The notes below the pieces were generated by a model. It was given only the letters and a program-made list of their open reading frames with translations, had not been told where the DNA came from and made no database searches. A DNA stretch of 64,000 nucleotides, taken from assembly GCF_006345805.1 (NCBI RefSeq), contig NC_043008.1, positions 75,020,001-75,084,000 on the forward strand, given 5' to 3'. This document shows, in pieces, positions 39,340-52,635 of this stretch. This DNA is from Octopus sinensis (taxonomy: Eukaryota). A program made the translations under genes and the position numbers. The number at the start of each line of letters is the position of its first letter. The stretch's first letter is position 1.

Positions 39340-39659
39340 GCTGCTGCGTGACTTTGTCAAAGCTGGTCACAAAAGCAGAACAGCGGAGACATACAAGGAA
39401 ACCGACGAAAACAAACATTGAAGGTATTTAGACTAGAACGAAAAGAAATTAGTGAACGCTGGGAGAAAAATTTTCTTTGAAAAGAGAAAAGATAGACGAG
39501 AGAGAAAAAAACAAAAACATCCAGCCCTTAGAACATCGTGCAGGAAGAGAAAGAGGGTGAGATGGAGAGAAAGAGATACATAGAAAACGGTGAAGGAGAG
39601 AAAAAGGGAATTAGAGGAGGATGGGGGAAGAAAATATGTTGTTTGGTGACGTCCTGTAC

Positions 39660-39665
<6 letters not shown>
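39340..39665 (-). mobile_element. Left part of a TIR-bearing repeat fused upstream of the ORF1
   Basis: Begins ATATGGGTACAGGACGTCACCAA on -. The body is the reverse complement of 40545-40880. Confidence 0.65.
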
Positions 39666-39710
<45 letters not shown>

Positions 39711-40189
39711 AGCAAAACGCTTCTCGTCCAACGGACGGTGTTGAGTTGTCAAACATTTAAACCACATTTTCTCAAAGCAACTTGCCCGACTGTCCATAGG
39801 CCTCCCCTTTGAGAAACACTGATTTAACCTAAATTTGAGACACCACCAAAAGAAGAAATAAAGATAGACCTTCTTCTATTCCAAAGAAAAACGATTTTAT
39901 TCACACAAATATGCAACCGAAGAGTTTAAAGTACCAGTGATGATAAGGCTGTTGACTGGGATACACAAACATGGTTTAAACAGTAAGCTTGCCAGGAAAG
40001 AAACGTGCCCTTAAGCAGTACAAAAACAACAAAAAATGGAAAGTGCAGTTATGTGTAGGTGGACGAAAGAAAAGCAGGACAAAAATGATGCATGCTAGTG
40101 GGTTAGCTGGAGGTAAATCTAGATGGAAAAGCATGATGAATTTATGAGAACATACCTGGGACAATAATAAGTTTATCCGATAAAACATG

Positions 40190-40460
40190 TAGGAAAATGC
40201 ACGCGCATTTGTCTCGCGTACGCGTAGTATCGATCGCAACAGCTGATGTACATGCGCATAGAAATGCACGTTCCCACGGCTTTATCGATCACTTTCTCAC
40301 CTAGAATCGATTTTTGTAATTTTTTCAAGACTTATACACGCCCTGATAACGTCGGTATCTACATATCAAATTTGAGCGGAATCGGATGGAGGATGCCCGA
40401 GATCCTAGAAGACACACACACACATACACACACAGCCAGAACGGATTTTATATAATAGAT
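40190..40460 (+). mobile_element. Helentron/DINE-1-like element 3' end
   Basis: CAAATTTGAGCGGAATCGGATG...(AC)n...ACGGATTTTATATAATAGAT. Confidence 0.5.
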
Positions 40461-40544
40461 ATATATTATTTATATTATTTAGTTGAACGACACGAATCCA
40501 TTTCCAAGCAAGTTTATCTGAACCTTTTTAATGCAACTTTACTC

Positions 40545-41119
40545 TATGCTGTTTTCTTCCCCCATCCTTTTCTAATTTCCTCTTTCTCCTCTTCATCGTT
40601 TTTCTATCTTTCTCTCTCTCCCCTTCTTTCTCTTTTTCTCACTCACGTTGCTTACTCTTGACCATCGCCCATCTTTCTTTTCCTCATGTGACCATCTTTC
40701 TTTTTCTGCACGATGTTCTGAGGACTGGACGTTTTCTTTCTCTTCTGTCTTTTCTGTTTTCAAAGAAAATATTTCTCCCAGCTTTCACTACTTTCCTCTT
40801 GTTCTGGTCTAACGACCCTCTGTTTATTTTCGTTCGGATCCTTTGTATGTCTCCACTGTCCTGTTTTTGTTCCCAATTTTGACCCTCTATAAATCCAAAA
40901 TTTTATATTGGAATTTATGGGAGCAACTGTCTTTGAAGACTCATGTAGTCACTGAATGCTCGAAAAGAGGAGTAGATAGACAGCCGACAACTGATGAAGT
41001 GTCGTTCTCTGTGACTACTTGTCCTGTTTTTCATTTTTTCTCTCGTTGTTTGCGTTTTGAGCTCGTTTGTTTTCGTACTTAATATTGTTTACACAGTTGG
41101 TGACGTCCTATACCCATAT
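40545..41119 (+). mobile_element. TIR-bearing non-autonomous repeat (left end missing)
   Basis: Homologous to 39340-39665. Ends TTGGTGACGTCCTATACCCATAT, the inverse of the left terminus of the 39665 copy. Confidence 0.65.
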
Positions 41120-41494
41120 ATGCATATATATATATGTGTGTGCGTGCGCGCGTGTGTTTGTGTGTGTGTGTGTTTGTGTGTGTGAGTAAGACACAATCAT
41201 ATATGCATAGACACACTTTTATGTGTAATTATGTATGTTTTTATCAAATCGCATTAAAATTGTGAAAGTATAAAATACAATTTGGAATTGACTTTTACTA
41301 ATATTTTTTACAGCTTTAATGTTATACCAAATATAAAGTTATTGTTAAATATTGATCTGTTCTTTAATAACTGGAAAAAATCAGCACATTTTAGTTTTCA
41401 TTAAAACCATTTTAAATGAGATTTTGTTACAGTGTATATCAACAATTCATAAAACCTTTTTCAGTAAAGACTTCATTGCCTCTTATAAAGAATC

Positions 41495-41747
41495 TTTCCC
41501 AATGAGGGTCCATGTAGTACCTGAGATCCATATAAGATTTTGTTGTTAAAATTTATTCACAATAAGTGGTGATACTTGTACGTGAACGAAAATGTTTTCA
41601 GAATTTTTTAATACAATTCGTAAGGATATTTAAGTATAAAAATATAATAATAGTATGTTTTAAACATCAAATGGCTATGAGAGACCACCTAAGTAAAACA
41701 AGAATCAAAGGGGTTTATGAGTAAAAAAAAATGGCTGAGAAACACTG
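41495..41747. mobile_element. hAT-like MITE related to 22594-22849
   Basis: Shared GATTTTGTTGTTAAAATTT and AAACATC.AATGGCTA blocks; ends CACTG. Confidence 0.55.
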
Positions 41748-43699
41748 CTTTAGAGAAATGGTTAAAAGGGTGCAGAATTGGTCTTAAGTACCAAACTACG
41801 TTTGTTTCCTTTCCTCTGTATTTGAAGTTGAGAATCTCATAAAGATCAATTTTTGCCATTGATTCTCATGGTATATCAGAAAAAATACCGATGATGCCAT
41901 TAATGTCAGTTGGTTTGACTCTATTTCTCTGTTCTAATGTAAGAAACCATTTTGGTATATATTTTGGTTATGTTCGTATGTATATATTGCTGAAAGTAAG
42001 TGCCTAATTATATATTTGTAGTTATAATTGTTCTTTCTCTAATACCAGTTCCCAGCTGAGAGACTGTGTGCAACCATTTACTATTTTGTCATAGATTTGC
42101 AAACACTTTTTTATTACACAACTTTATGTAATAACGATATTTACTTATTTAAATGATAATAAACAACTGTTCAAAAACATCTGTTGACGTTTCATTGGGG
42201 TGTTTTTGTAATTTAATGCCTTTTTTTGTTTCAAGTACAATAAGTAACAGTACAATTTTCTGTTATTGCAGTAGTAACTCTCCAGTATTTAATTTCCACT
42301 GGTCAATAGACATTTCATGGTCAGTGTGTAATTAATGGTGGTCAACAGACTTGTTATAGTCAGTGTTTAATAACTGAGTGTCAACAGACAGCTTATGATC
42401 TGCATTTAATTACTGGTGGTCTAGAGACAGTGTGGTCACTGTTTAATCACTAAATGTCAACATCAAACAGTGTAATAATTGATATACAAACAGGAATTTG
42501 AAAAAATTAAAAGCTTTTGATCTTGATTGAACTTGTGGTGGCCATATATAAGCTACAATGACATTTGGTTCGATATTTCTACCATAAACTGATATTTGCC
42601 AAGGGAATTATATCTTCAAAGCTGTATCTACTGCCACTGACCTCAGGTACCTAAGACTGTATAAGTCTCTGACCTTTGATGTCCAAACTTGTAGCTGTGG
42701 ACACTGAATTCTGGTCTTTAAATCTTTAGTTACTAACCTCTTGTGTCCAAAACTATATCTACAGAAAGTAAACCACTGGTATCTGAAAATCTATCTGTTG
42801 TCATTAACCGCTCACGCTAATACTCTGTAGTAGCTGACCTCTAGTGTCTGAGCCAAGACTCCAAAATATATTCTGATATTAACCCTAGATACTATATTAC
42901 TTCCTTTGTAATATAACAATTATATTTGCTATTGTAACAGTATTCAATGGTGCTATGTGTAATTAAGAACCTCATTGAGGATGAATCATTGATCAATAAT
43001 TGATCAATGTCTAAACGATTAGAATATACAGACAATTGATTAGAGAATTTAATGGACATTTAAAACTTCTGTTTAAGTTGTTCACTTTCAAATGAATACT
43101 TAATTCCAGTATGGAAATACTCTTTTGTAAGAGTTTAGCATATTTTAAGATCATTTCTATTCTTGTATATCAGCTTCTTTTTTATGTTGTTTAATGGGGC
43201 CTAATATGATTGTAAATTATTGATGGAATCTATCTAATATGTCTAGTTAATTATTGCAGACTGGTTTTAATTAATGTTTAATGTACACATATCATTATCT
43301 TTTCACTGTCTATCCAATCAGCATCTACACACTGTGTCTATCATTTTAGTCAGCATCTGCACAGTTCCTTCTTGGTCCTCATCTATATGCTGTGTTCATT
43401 GAATTGTATCTGAGTTTGTAGAATTGAATGAATAGATCTAGACCATTCACTAGAAGGAGCTAGGTTGGTAATTCACCATTTCATGTTGAAAACATATGCG
43501 TTCAAATTAATTCATTTTCTCCATAATGTATTGATGAATATTTATCAGTATTGCATGGTTTTCTAATTTTGCTATAAGATATGTTGGGAGAGTTACATGT
43601 CAACATTATTAGCCAACAAATTTAGCTAACATAATTTCTTAACATCATGAGTCTGCAACTTTAGTCAAAATCTGTTAACAGCCCAAATCTATTAACATA

Positions 43700-43700
43700 C

Positions 43701-43749
<49 letters not shown>

Positions 43750-43786
43750 GTCATCGACATCGTCGTCGTCGTCGTCGTCGTCGTCG

Positions 43787-43823
<37 letters not shown>

Positions 43824-44265
43824 TTAACGTCTGTTTTCCATGCTGGCATGGGTTGGATGGTTTGACAAGAACTGACCAGCTGGAGTGCTGTCCAAGCTCT
43901 ATGTCTGTTTTGGCATGCTTTCTGCAGATGGATGCCCTTCCTAATACCAACTACTTTACAGAGTGTACTGCGTGCTTTTATGCAGCCCCAATATGGGTGC
44001 TTTTACATGGCACCAGCACAGGCGCTTTCTATGTGGTATGAGCCAACAAGTTTTGGAAGACTCAGCTGAAGAGGGATGCAGGTGATATGCCTGTATGCAA
44101 GGACGACCAAGGATTTATTTAGCTTGACATGTCTTCTCAAGCGCAGTGACCACTAGAAGTCTCAATCTAGGCTCAACATCTGAAGAACTATGAGGCTAAG
44201 ATCCTTTCTCACCACTTCATCCCACATCTTTCTGGGACTACTTCTTCCATACTTTCCCGCCACAA
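43700..44265 (-). mobile_element. Short 5'-truncated RTE with ordinary 3' UTR and long (GAT)n/(GAC)n tail
   Basis: Minus peptide GRSSPRKMWDEVVRKDL...EKTCQAK. 43826-43990 matches the RTE tail at 21710-21860; trinucleotide tail at 43700-43825. Confidence 0.8.
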
Positions 44266-44779
44266 TTAGAAACTAGCACTTTTTAATGCAACTGTCTTCA
44301 TTCATATGCATTACATTACTGTACCAGCACAATCTTCTCTCTTGCACACTGCAAATCACTCAGATCACTCATACTCTGTTGTTTATTCACAACAACTCAA
44401 CATTTACTCTTAGTAATTTTAGGCAACAGCAAAAACCAACAATTTTAATTACTATCAATTGTCAAAAACTTTAGTTGACATTAGTTAGTATTTATAGTTG
44501 ACAATTTTGTCAATATCTATAGTCAACAACTTTAATCAACATCTATAGTCAACATTCATAGTAAACATTCATAGTCAACTACTTTAGCTTTAGTCAACAT
44601 CTACAGTCATCTTTATGCAATAACTATTGTCAACAAATTAAGTTAGCATTTATTGTCAACAACTTTTGTTAACATCTACAGTATAAAACTTTAGGCAAAA
44701 TTTATTATCAACAATTTTAGACACTATTTGTAGCCAAGAATTTTAGTCAGCATTTGTAGTCAACAAAACTGCTATAGTC

Positions 44780-47070
44780 GATCCAAAACCTGACAGAGAA
44801 AGGAAGGTGATAGGCATAGGGCTAACAGTCCTGCATTATTAATTTTCTATGTTGCTACTGAATTGCCAAAAAAGAACATATGAAACTGATGTAAGGAGAG
44901 GTTGTTCTTTGAGATTGCAAATGAAGCAGTAGCTAGAAACATGAAACACCAGGACAATATTCGAAATAGGAAAAAATGACCCAGATTTCTGCTGAAATGA
45001 AGCTCTAAAAGTTTGCAGCACTCGGTCTCTTTGAGACGAGGTGCCTAAAGTCAGGACACCTGCCCCTGGCTACAGAAGAAACTTAAGTCAACCTAGGGTA
45101 TAAAGTAGACGACGTACCACACGGTGAAGGAGTTGGCTTCATGTTCTCCGGAAACTAAGCAGCATCCCTGATGGGATGGTCACCTGTATTACCTAGGGTC
45201 ATGACAGCCAGATTCACTAGCAAGAAAAAGGTGAACCTAATACAGAGCTATGAACCAACTAACAATTAAAAATAACATTCTATGATCAACCACAAACCAC
45301 CATAGACTTCCCACTGCATAAGCTGAGCACAACAACTGCATAACCATGTCAGCAAAACATAGAAACAGAATACACTGAGCTCAATTAGGTTGTGAAACGG
45401 AATGTAAAGCAACAGAAAGTATGTAGAGGGTTTTTACCTGAGAAGAGCAAGAAGCGGTGCCCTAGAGAAACCTGAAAGAACTAAGAGACTTTCAGTAAAT
45501 AAGCGAGCCACTTTCTACCTTGTCAAAGACAAAGATGTTAACACAAAACAGCAGGAATAGTTGAAGAAATGGGGGGAATACTTTGAAGGGCTTCTAACCC
45601 GTTCAGCTCCAGTGAATCGTACAGAGATACCTCCAGCAATAGTTCGCTGAATATCAGCACAGTGACTTTAACACGAGGAAAAATATGTAAAGTGATCTTC
45701 AAAATGAGGAACAGAAAAGCACCAGGCTGAAACGAAATCCCAGATGAAGTATTGAAAGCATAGTTTCGTTGATCGAAGCTCTTTACCGCCTGTTCAAAAA
45801 CATTTGGGATACAGAGAGGTTATGAGAAGACTGGGAATATGGCCATCTCATCAAATCTCCAAAGAAAAGGTACTTGAAAGACAAAACCAACTAGAAAGGC
45901 ATCACACTCCTTTCCATCACCGGAAAGGTGTTTAACGAAATGCTTTTTGAAATAGTAAAAGATGAGTTGGATAAACTTTTACGAAATGAAGAAACTGGAT
46001 TCCAACAGGAGAGATCAAGCATTGATTTTATCAGGAATATATGACATCTATCGATTGTGAGGAAGTATTTGACAGTGTGAAATTGATTCGACATTTTGAT
46101 ATCCTTGAAAAGATCTTTACTTAGGTAGAGCTGCCTACGAACGATCTACGTGCCAAGTTGTACATGATGGTACTTTGATGAAACCGTTTACTTTCCTGAC
46201 AGGAGATGCCTGCTATCTCCCTTTCTTTCCCTAATGACAACTGACTAGAGGACGAAAGAAGCAACCAAAGTATAGCCCAGCCCAGGTGAATACAATGGTC
46301 CATCTTCACGACTTCGTCGATGATATTGACCTTCTCCCTCGGGGCTACACTGACATGGAGAAGAAGGTCATAGCAATGAACATGACATTCATGAAAGTTA
46401 GCCTCAAGATCAACATCTGGAAGACAAAAAGCATGAGAATGCACGCTGCCAATGATGACAACTTTATAGAGAAGAAGAAATTGAAGATGTCAGTCATTTC
46501 ACATACCTGGGAAGCGTCGCATATTTGAAGATGTAGAAGAGATCAGGATATAAAAACCCAAGGATTAAGAAAGCAACAGTTGCTTTCAGGATGCTCAAAT
46601 TACAGAACTTGACAATAAATACAAGACTTAGAATCTTTAAAACAAACGTGTGGAGGTTTCTGCGGCACGTGTGTGAAACTTGGAAACTCACAAAGTTTCT
46701 AATCATGAGGTCCATACGTTTATGAACAGACCCGGAACACCGTTGGGGTGAGATGGCAAGACAGATTGGAAACATTCGACCCAGCAACATATCGAAACGC
46801 AGATCAATAAGAAAAAATGGAGTTGGTTGGGACATATCATATGGAAGCCTGTTTTCGGATTTACAAGGCAAACCCTCGGATGGCCATCTCAAGGAGATGG
46901 AAGACTGACAGACTAAAAGTAACATGGAATAGGTGGTAGAGAAACTGAAGCACTGGCAGGTGGCTACACTTGGAGGCAACTGTAGCCCCATGAAAAATAT
47001 TGAAACAAATGGAGAACTCTTATCGATGCACTATACTCCACATGGATAGAAAGGAAATAATGATTGAAGG
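44780..47070 (+). mobile_element. Heavily degenerate RTE-clade LINE (internally deleted) inside the satellite
   Basis: APE start remnant (RTIFE.GK...AEMKL...LGLFETR) near 44950; RT remnants (GITLLSITGKV, TGFQQERS, LHDFVDDIDLL...LKINIWKTKSMR); C-terminal WRTLIDALYSTW near 47010-47050. Confidence 0.75.
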
Positions 47071-49473
47071 AGTGAATGTGGGCGATTAATTTTGTGAAGT
47101 CGTATTGTCAGCAGATTTAATCAACATCTATAATCCAGTGCTTTAACCAACTTCTGTTGTCAACAACTTCATTCAGCATCTATTGCCTAGAAATTTAGTC
47201 AACATTTGTAGGCAAGAATTTTAATCAATATCTATTGCCAACAATTTTAGTCAACTTCTAAGTCAGCAACTCTAGTCAAAATCAATAATAAAGAACTTTA
47301 GTCAGCATCCGTTGTCAACAAACTTTAGTCAACATCTTTCGTCAACAACTATAGCCAAATTCGATGGTCCACAAGTCAGTCAACATCTATAGCCAACAGT
47401 ATTTGTCAACAACTATAGTCCAGAAATTTCGACAACATCGACAGGCAATGTATATAATCAATATCTAGTCAACAACTTAAGCCAACATCTATTGTCAACT
47501 CCTATAGTTAACAACAATTTTCAATAAATTTAAGCAACATCTATAATCAACAAATTTAATCAACAACTATTGTCCAGAACATGAATCAACTTCTAGTGTC
47601 AACTACCTTAGTTAACCTGCACTTTCAAAGCACCTACTTCAACACCTACTTCAAAACCTACTTCAACATTATTAGTTAATATCTACAGTCAACATCTATT
47701 GTCAATAAGATTAGTAAAAATCCATTGTCAACCATAGTCAAAAACTGTCGTCTACATTTATAGATAATAAATTGAATAGACATATTTTGGTAATATCAAT
47801 GCCTATTATTAACTCCTATTATCTTTTGCCAACATTTATAGTCAACATCTAATGTCAACAACAGAAGATTAGCCAACATCTTTAGACAACATTTTTTGAC
47901 ATTTTTTGTTAACAGCTTTAGACAAAAGCTATAGTCCAGAATTTATTCAATCTTTATTCGCAATGAATTTAGTCAATATGTAAACTCAACAGATGCAGTT
48001 GAAATCTATTGTTAACAAATTTAATCAACAACATTAGTCAACATCTATTGTGATAAACTTATATCAACGTCTAAGGCCAACCACCATAGTCAACTGCTAT
48101 AGTCAACAACATTAATCTGTATTTATAGTTAAAAGCATTCGTCAATATTTATCGACAAATTTAACTAATATCTGCAGCCCAGTCAAAATCTATTTTCAAA
48201 AGTTTAGTCAAAATTTATAGTGAAATACTATACTTTACTAACATCTACTGTCAACAAATTGAATCATCAAAACCTTAGCCTGTATCTATTGTTAGCAACA
48301 TCTGTGAACTTTTACAATCAACTTTAGTCAATATTTATAGTCAACAACTTTAGTCAATATTTTTTGCTATTAATTTTGGACAACATTTATACTCAAGAAA
48401 TTTTGACACCCCTTTGTACTCAGCAAAATTGGCATTTATTGTCAATAACGTTAGACAACAGCTATAGTCAACAAATATAATCATCTATTGCAAACAACAT
48501 TAGTTAACATCTATCTTCAACAACGCTAGTCAAAATCTTTTGTCATGATATTTAGTCGCCACCTGAAATTAAAAGTTTTAGTCAATTTTTTATAATCAAC
48601 AGCATTAGTTAATGTGTTGTAACAACTTTAGTCAACATCTCTTGTCAATAACTTTAGTCAATATCATTACTCAACAGATTTAGTCATCATTTATTAACAA
48701 TAACATTTGTTAAAATTTGTTGTCAATAACGTTACTAGTAAGTTTTTATCGTCACCAACTTTAGACAGCATTTAGTGAATAACGTTCGTAGACACCTATA
48801 GTCAACATGTTTAGGTTACATTTATATTCAGCAACTTTAGTCAGCATTTATTTTCATAATATTTAAGCCATATCTTGATGGCAAAATCTTTAGTCAGCCA
48901 TGTATTGCAGACAACTTTCGAGGAACATCAATCACCAACAGCTTTAGTCAACATCTATAGTAAAAAAAAAAATTAATTCAACATTTATTATCAACAACTA
49001 TAGTTAACGTCTATAGTCAGCAACTTCAGTTAGCATCTATATTCCAGAAATTCATTCAATATGTATAAACAACTAATTTACTTAATATTTTTTATTTACA
49101 ACTTTAACCTTCATCTATTGTCATAAGAGTGAGTATATTAATCAAAGTATATATGTATGACTGTGTGTGGTGTTAGATGAACATTCAATGGAACTAATTC
49201 TGACAAAAGAGAAACTCAGGTGAACTGAGTTCAGTCCCAGATAGTGACTGAAATACTTGCAGCAATTGGATTTGATCTCTTGCTCACTAAGCTTGGTTGT
49301 CTCATCATTTACTTTGCTTCTCCATAAAAAACGTGTAGCAATCGGATGATTAAAATACTTGTCTTTTGGTTTTGGCCCAAGGCCAGCAATTTTGAGAGGA
49401 CGGAGTTGGTCAATACCATCGACTGCACTGCTTCAGTGGCATTTTATTTTATTAACTTTGGCAAGATATGAAC

Positions 49474-49671
49474 CAGGGGTTCTGAACCTTTTTTATATCT
49501 GGATCAGATCCCAAACCTGGTTTTTTTAAAGGGGACTGCACCAAAAAGAGTAAAACACCATTCAGGTAAAGAAAACATTGTTATATTTCTAGAGGGAAGA
49601 CCACTGGCGGACACTTGAAGGATGCTTTGAGGGCTGCATGCGGCCCTAGGTGCTACAGCTGAGAACTGCTG
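49474..49671. mobile_element. hAT-like MITE
   Basis: CAGGGGTTCTGAAC ... GCTGAGAACTGCTG; 8-bp flanks ATATGAAC/ACTTGAAC (6/8). Confidence 0.6.
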
Positions 49672-49839
49672 ACTTGAACTCAGAAAGTAAAGAGTAAAAA
49701 TCTGGAAGAAATTCATAAGCTGACCGAACGGTTCTCGTGATACAACACAAATTGGTGGACAACAGGGAGCTGAAAGATTCCAAAGGAGAAACTAAATGAG
49801 ACAATTCATACTTTACAGCTTTGATAATGACAGGTGGAA

Positions 49840-50882
49840 AAATTGCAATTAGAGTAATTTTACTCTGCCTGTCGACAAAATGATTAAGCGTAAGGCCTAA
49901 GTGCAACGAAAGAAATTAATGATCTGTGAGACCCACGAATCGTCAACGAACGTGTAGCACAAAACGTTCAAACAATTCAAGGAAGGTAATACCAGCCTGG
50001 AAGACGAAGCAAGGTTAGGTAGACCTTCTGTTGTGGGAGAGAAAGCCTTGCTTAAAATGGTTGAACAACAGCCATTATCGGCAAAACTTGGATCATCACA
50101 GAGTACCATCAGCACTTCAATAAGCTGGACGTTGTGAACAAGCGCTGTTGAGAAGCTCTTCATGAACTGACCAATGGCCAGGCTCAATGACCTGTGAACA
50201 TTTGCAAACAACCGATGGCAAATCCTCGAGATTCCCATTTCTGGAGTTGAATTGTAAGTGGGGATAATAAAAAAACTGGATCTATTTTCGTTAACCAAAT
50301 AAGAGTAATCAGATGCTTTGTTCTGCCTAGGCTTCAAAACCCCTTTAAACAGAATGCTATATCGCGTGTTTGGTGGAATTTTGGGCAAGTACTGTACTTT
50401 AAGCTTTCCTGGGATGATCATACTGTGAATGTTAACCTTTATGCTCAACAACCGCTACCCGGCATTGGCACTTTTCCACAGGTTGACTGCCCCAGTACAC
50501 TCTGCCAATGTAACTAAGTAAAAACTTAGTTACATTGTAACTAAGTATAAAGCCAATGTAACTAAGTAAAAAGTCAAAGGACTGGAAGTGCTGCCTTACT
50601 CTGCCCACAGCCAGGCCTTGAACCATCTTTTCTGAGCCATAGCTTATGTCCTGTACGAACTGAAGTTCAACAATGTAGATGTGGTTGAAAACGGGTGCAG
50701 GGAGATGTTTACCTCTAAACCAGCCAGATGGTATAAGCATGGTTTGCGGTTCAGGCACAACGACGGCAACAGACAATTGAATAAGATGGGATACAATTTG
50801 ACAAACAGACGCTTTTAGTATGTAATTTGTTTAAACTAATAATTAAAGTTTGAAATACGAAAAATCTTTTGACTCACCCTAA
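49840..50882 (+). mobile_element. Degenerate mariner transposon
   Basis: FKEGNTSLEDEARLGRPS, HELTNGQ, degenerate GD..WIYF, WEVLPYSAHS..LEP, KFNNVDVVENGCREMFTSKP; many stops and frameshifts. Confidence 0.8.
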
Positions 50883-51643
50883 CGTTGTCAGCATCTCTAG
50901 TCATCATTTATAGTCAACAACCTTATTTTAAATCAATAATCAACAACTTTAGCCATCATCTGTTATCATCAATTTACTCAAAATCTATAGCCAACAATTT
51001 TAAAGTGCATCTATAGTCAACAACATGATCAGCTTCTGTAGTGAACAATTTTAGTCAACATTAATAGTTAACGCTTTTAATGGACATCTATTGTCAAAAA
51101 TATCACTGAAAATCTATTGTCAATAAATTTAGCTAAAATCTATTGTCTACAACTTCAATTAGACTCTATAGTCCAGAACATTATTCAATATATAGAGTCA
51201 ACAAAATTAGTCAACTTTTATAGTCTACAACTTTAGTTAACACCTACTGTAATCATTGTATACAATTGTGAATCATCTTTAGTCAATAACTATTGTCAAC
51301 AATTTTTGTGCACTTTTATAATCAACATCAGGAGTCAAAAACTATAGTTAGCACTCTTAGTCAAAATTTATTGTCAACAACTATAGCCAACACATATAGC
51401 TAGTTACTCAACATCTACGTCAATATCATTAATCAACATTTATTGCAAGCAAGTTGAGTCAACACTATAGTGAGTAGGTTTAATGACCGTATGCTGTTAT
51501 CAATTTAGATCAACATCTACAATTAACATTTATTGTCAACAACGTTTTGAACTTTTAGTGCTTTCATGCAGTCAACATCTATAGGCTAGAATGTTAGTGG
51601 TCCTTTTCAGTTACTTAACATTATCCACAATTTTGACAACAAC

Positions 51644-52008
51644 TGTGGCTGTGTGGTAAGAAATTTACTTCCCAACCTCAGGGTTCCGGGTTCAGTCCCT
51701 CTGTGTGGCACTTTGAGCAAGTGACCTCTACTATAACCTCGGGCCGACCAAAGTCTTGTAAGTGGATTTGGCTGACGGAAACTCAAAGAAGCCTGTCGTA
51801 TATGTGTGTATATTTATGTGTCTGTCTTTGTACTCCGTCACCGCTTGTCAACCGGTGTTTACGTCCTCATAACTTGGCGGTTCGACAAAAGTGACGAAAA
51901 AGTATCAGGGTAAAGGAAAGTAAGTATTGGGATCGATTCGTTCGAGTAAAAATTCAAGTCGGTGTCCCAGCATGGGCGCAGTCTAATGAGTGAAACATGT
52001 GAAAGATA
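51644..52008 (+). mobile_element. SINE family A inside the satellite
   Basis: GTGGCTGTGTGGTAAG...GGTTCCGGGTTCAGTCCC...CTCGGGCCGACCAAAG. Confidence 0.85.
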
Positions 52009-52427
52009 CTGAGATTGTTATTAACTTCAGACAACATCATATTGTCAACAAATGTTGTATGTCTATACAACATCTTTAGTCAACGGGTATGTTCAACAAG
52101 TTTAATTAACAACTGTAGATACCATCTGTTGTCGACAACTTCGTTCAATATCTATTTTCACCCTCTTTAGTCAGATCTACTGTCATCAAATTTTGTCAAC
52201 ATCTATCGTCAACAACTTTTGTCAACATTTATCAACCACTTTACTCAACGTCTACGGTTAACACCTTTAGTCAGCTTTTATAGTAATTTTGCATACAACA
52301 TATACAATCAACATTTATTGTAAGCCTGTATATTCAACTATTATAATTAATATGCATAGTCAAGCAATGCACCGCTATAGTCAATAGTTGTATTCAGCAT
52401 TTTATAGTTAATATAATACTTTAGACA

Positions 52428-52635
52428 GGCGGCGTGCTGGCAGAATCGTTACCGTGTCGGAAAATGCTGAGCAGCAGTTCTTCCGATTCTACGTTCTGAG
52501 TTCAAATGCCATCAGAGTCGACTTTGCCTTTCATCCTTTCAACGTAGATAAAATAAGTGCTAGTTGAGCACTAGGGTCGATGTAATCGACTTTTCCCTCA
52601 ACCGAAATTACTGGCTTTGTACCAAAACTTGAAAC
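52428..52635 (+). mobile_element. SINE family B
   Basis: AGGCGGCGTGCTGGCAGAATCG...GTCGACTTTGCCTTTCATCC. Confidence 0.8.

Larger units (their letters stand above)
44455..52400. repeat. Degenerate GTCAAC-rich satellite in four blocks (44455-44780, 47100-49110, 50890-51640, 52020-52400)
   Basis: Very frequent recurrence of TTTAGTCAACATCTA(T/G)TGTCAACAAC-like motifs; stops in the frames inspected. Confidence 0.85.

Noticed and set aside
40920-41020. TTGAAGA...GAAA...CTGATGA cluster in the TIR repeat
   Set aside because: No arrangement gives a canonical core with paired stems I-III; at best a decayed or coincidental motif.
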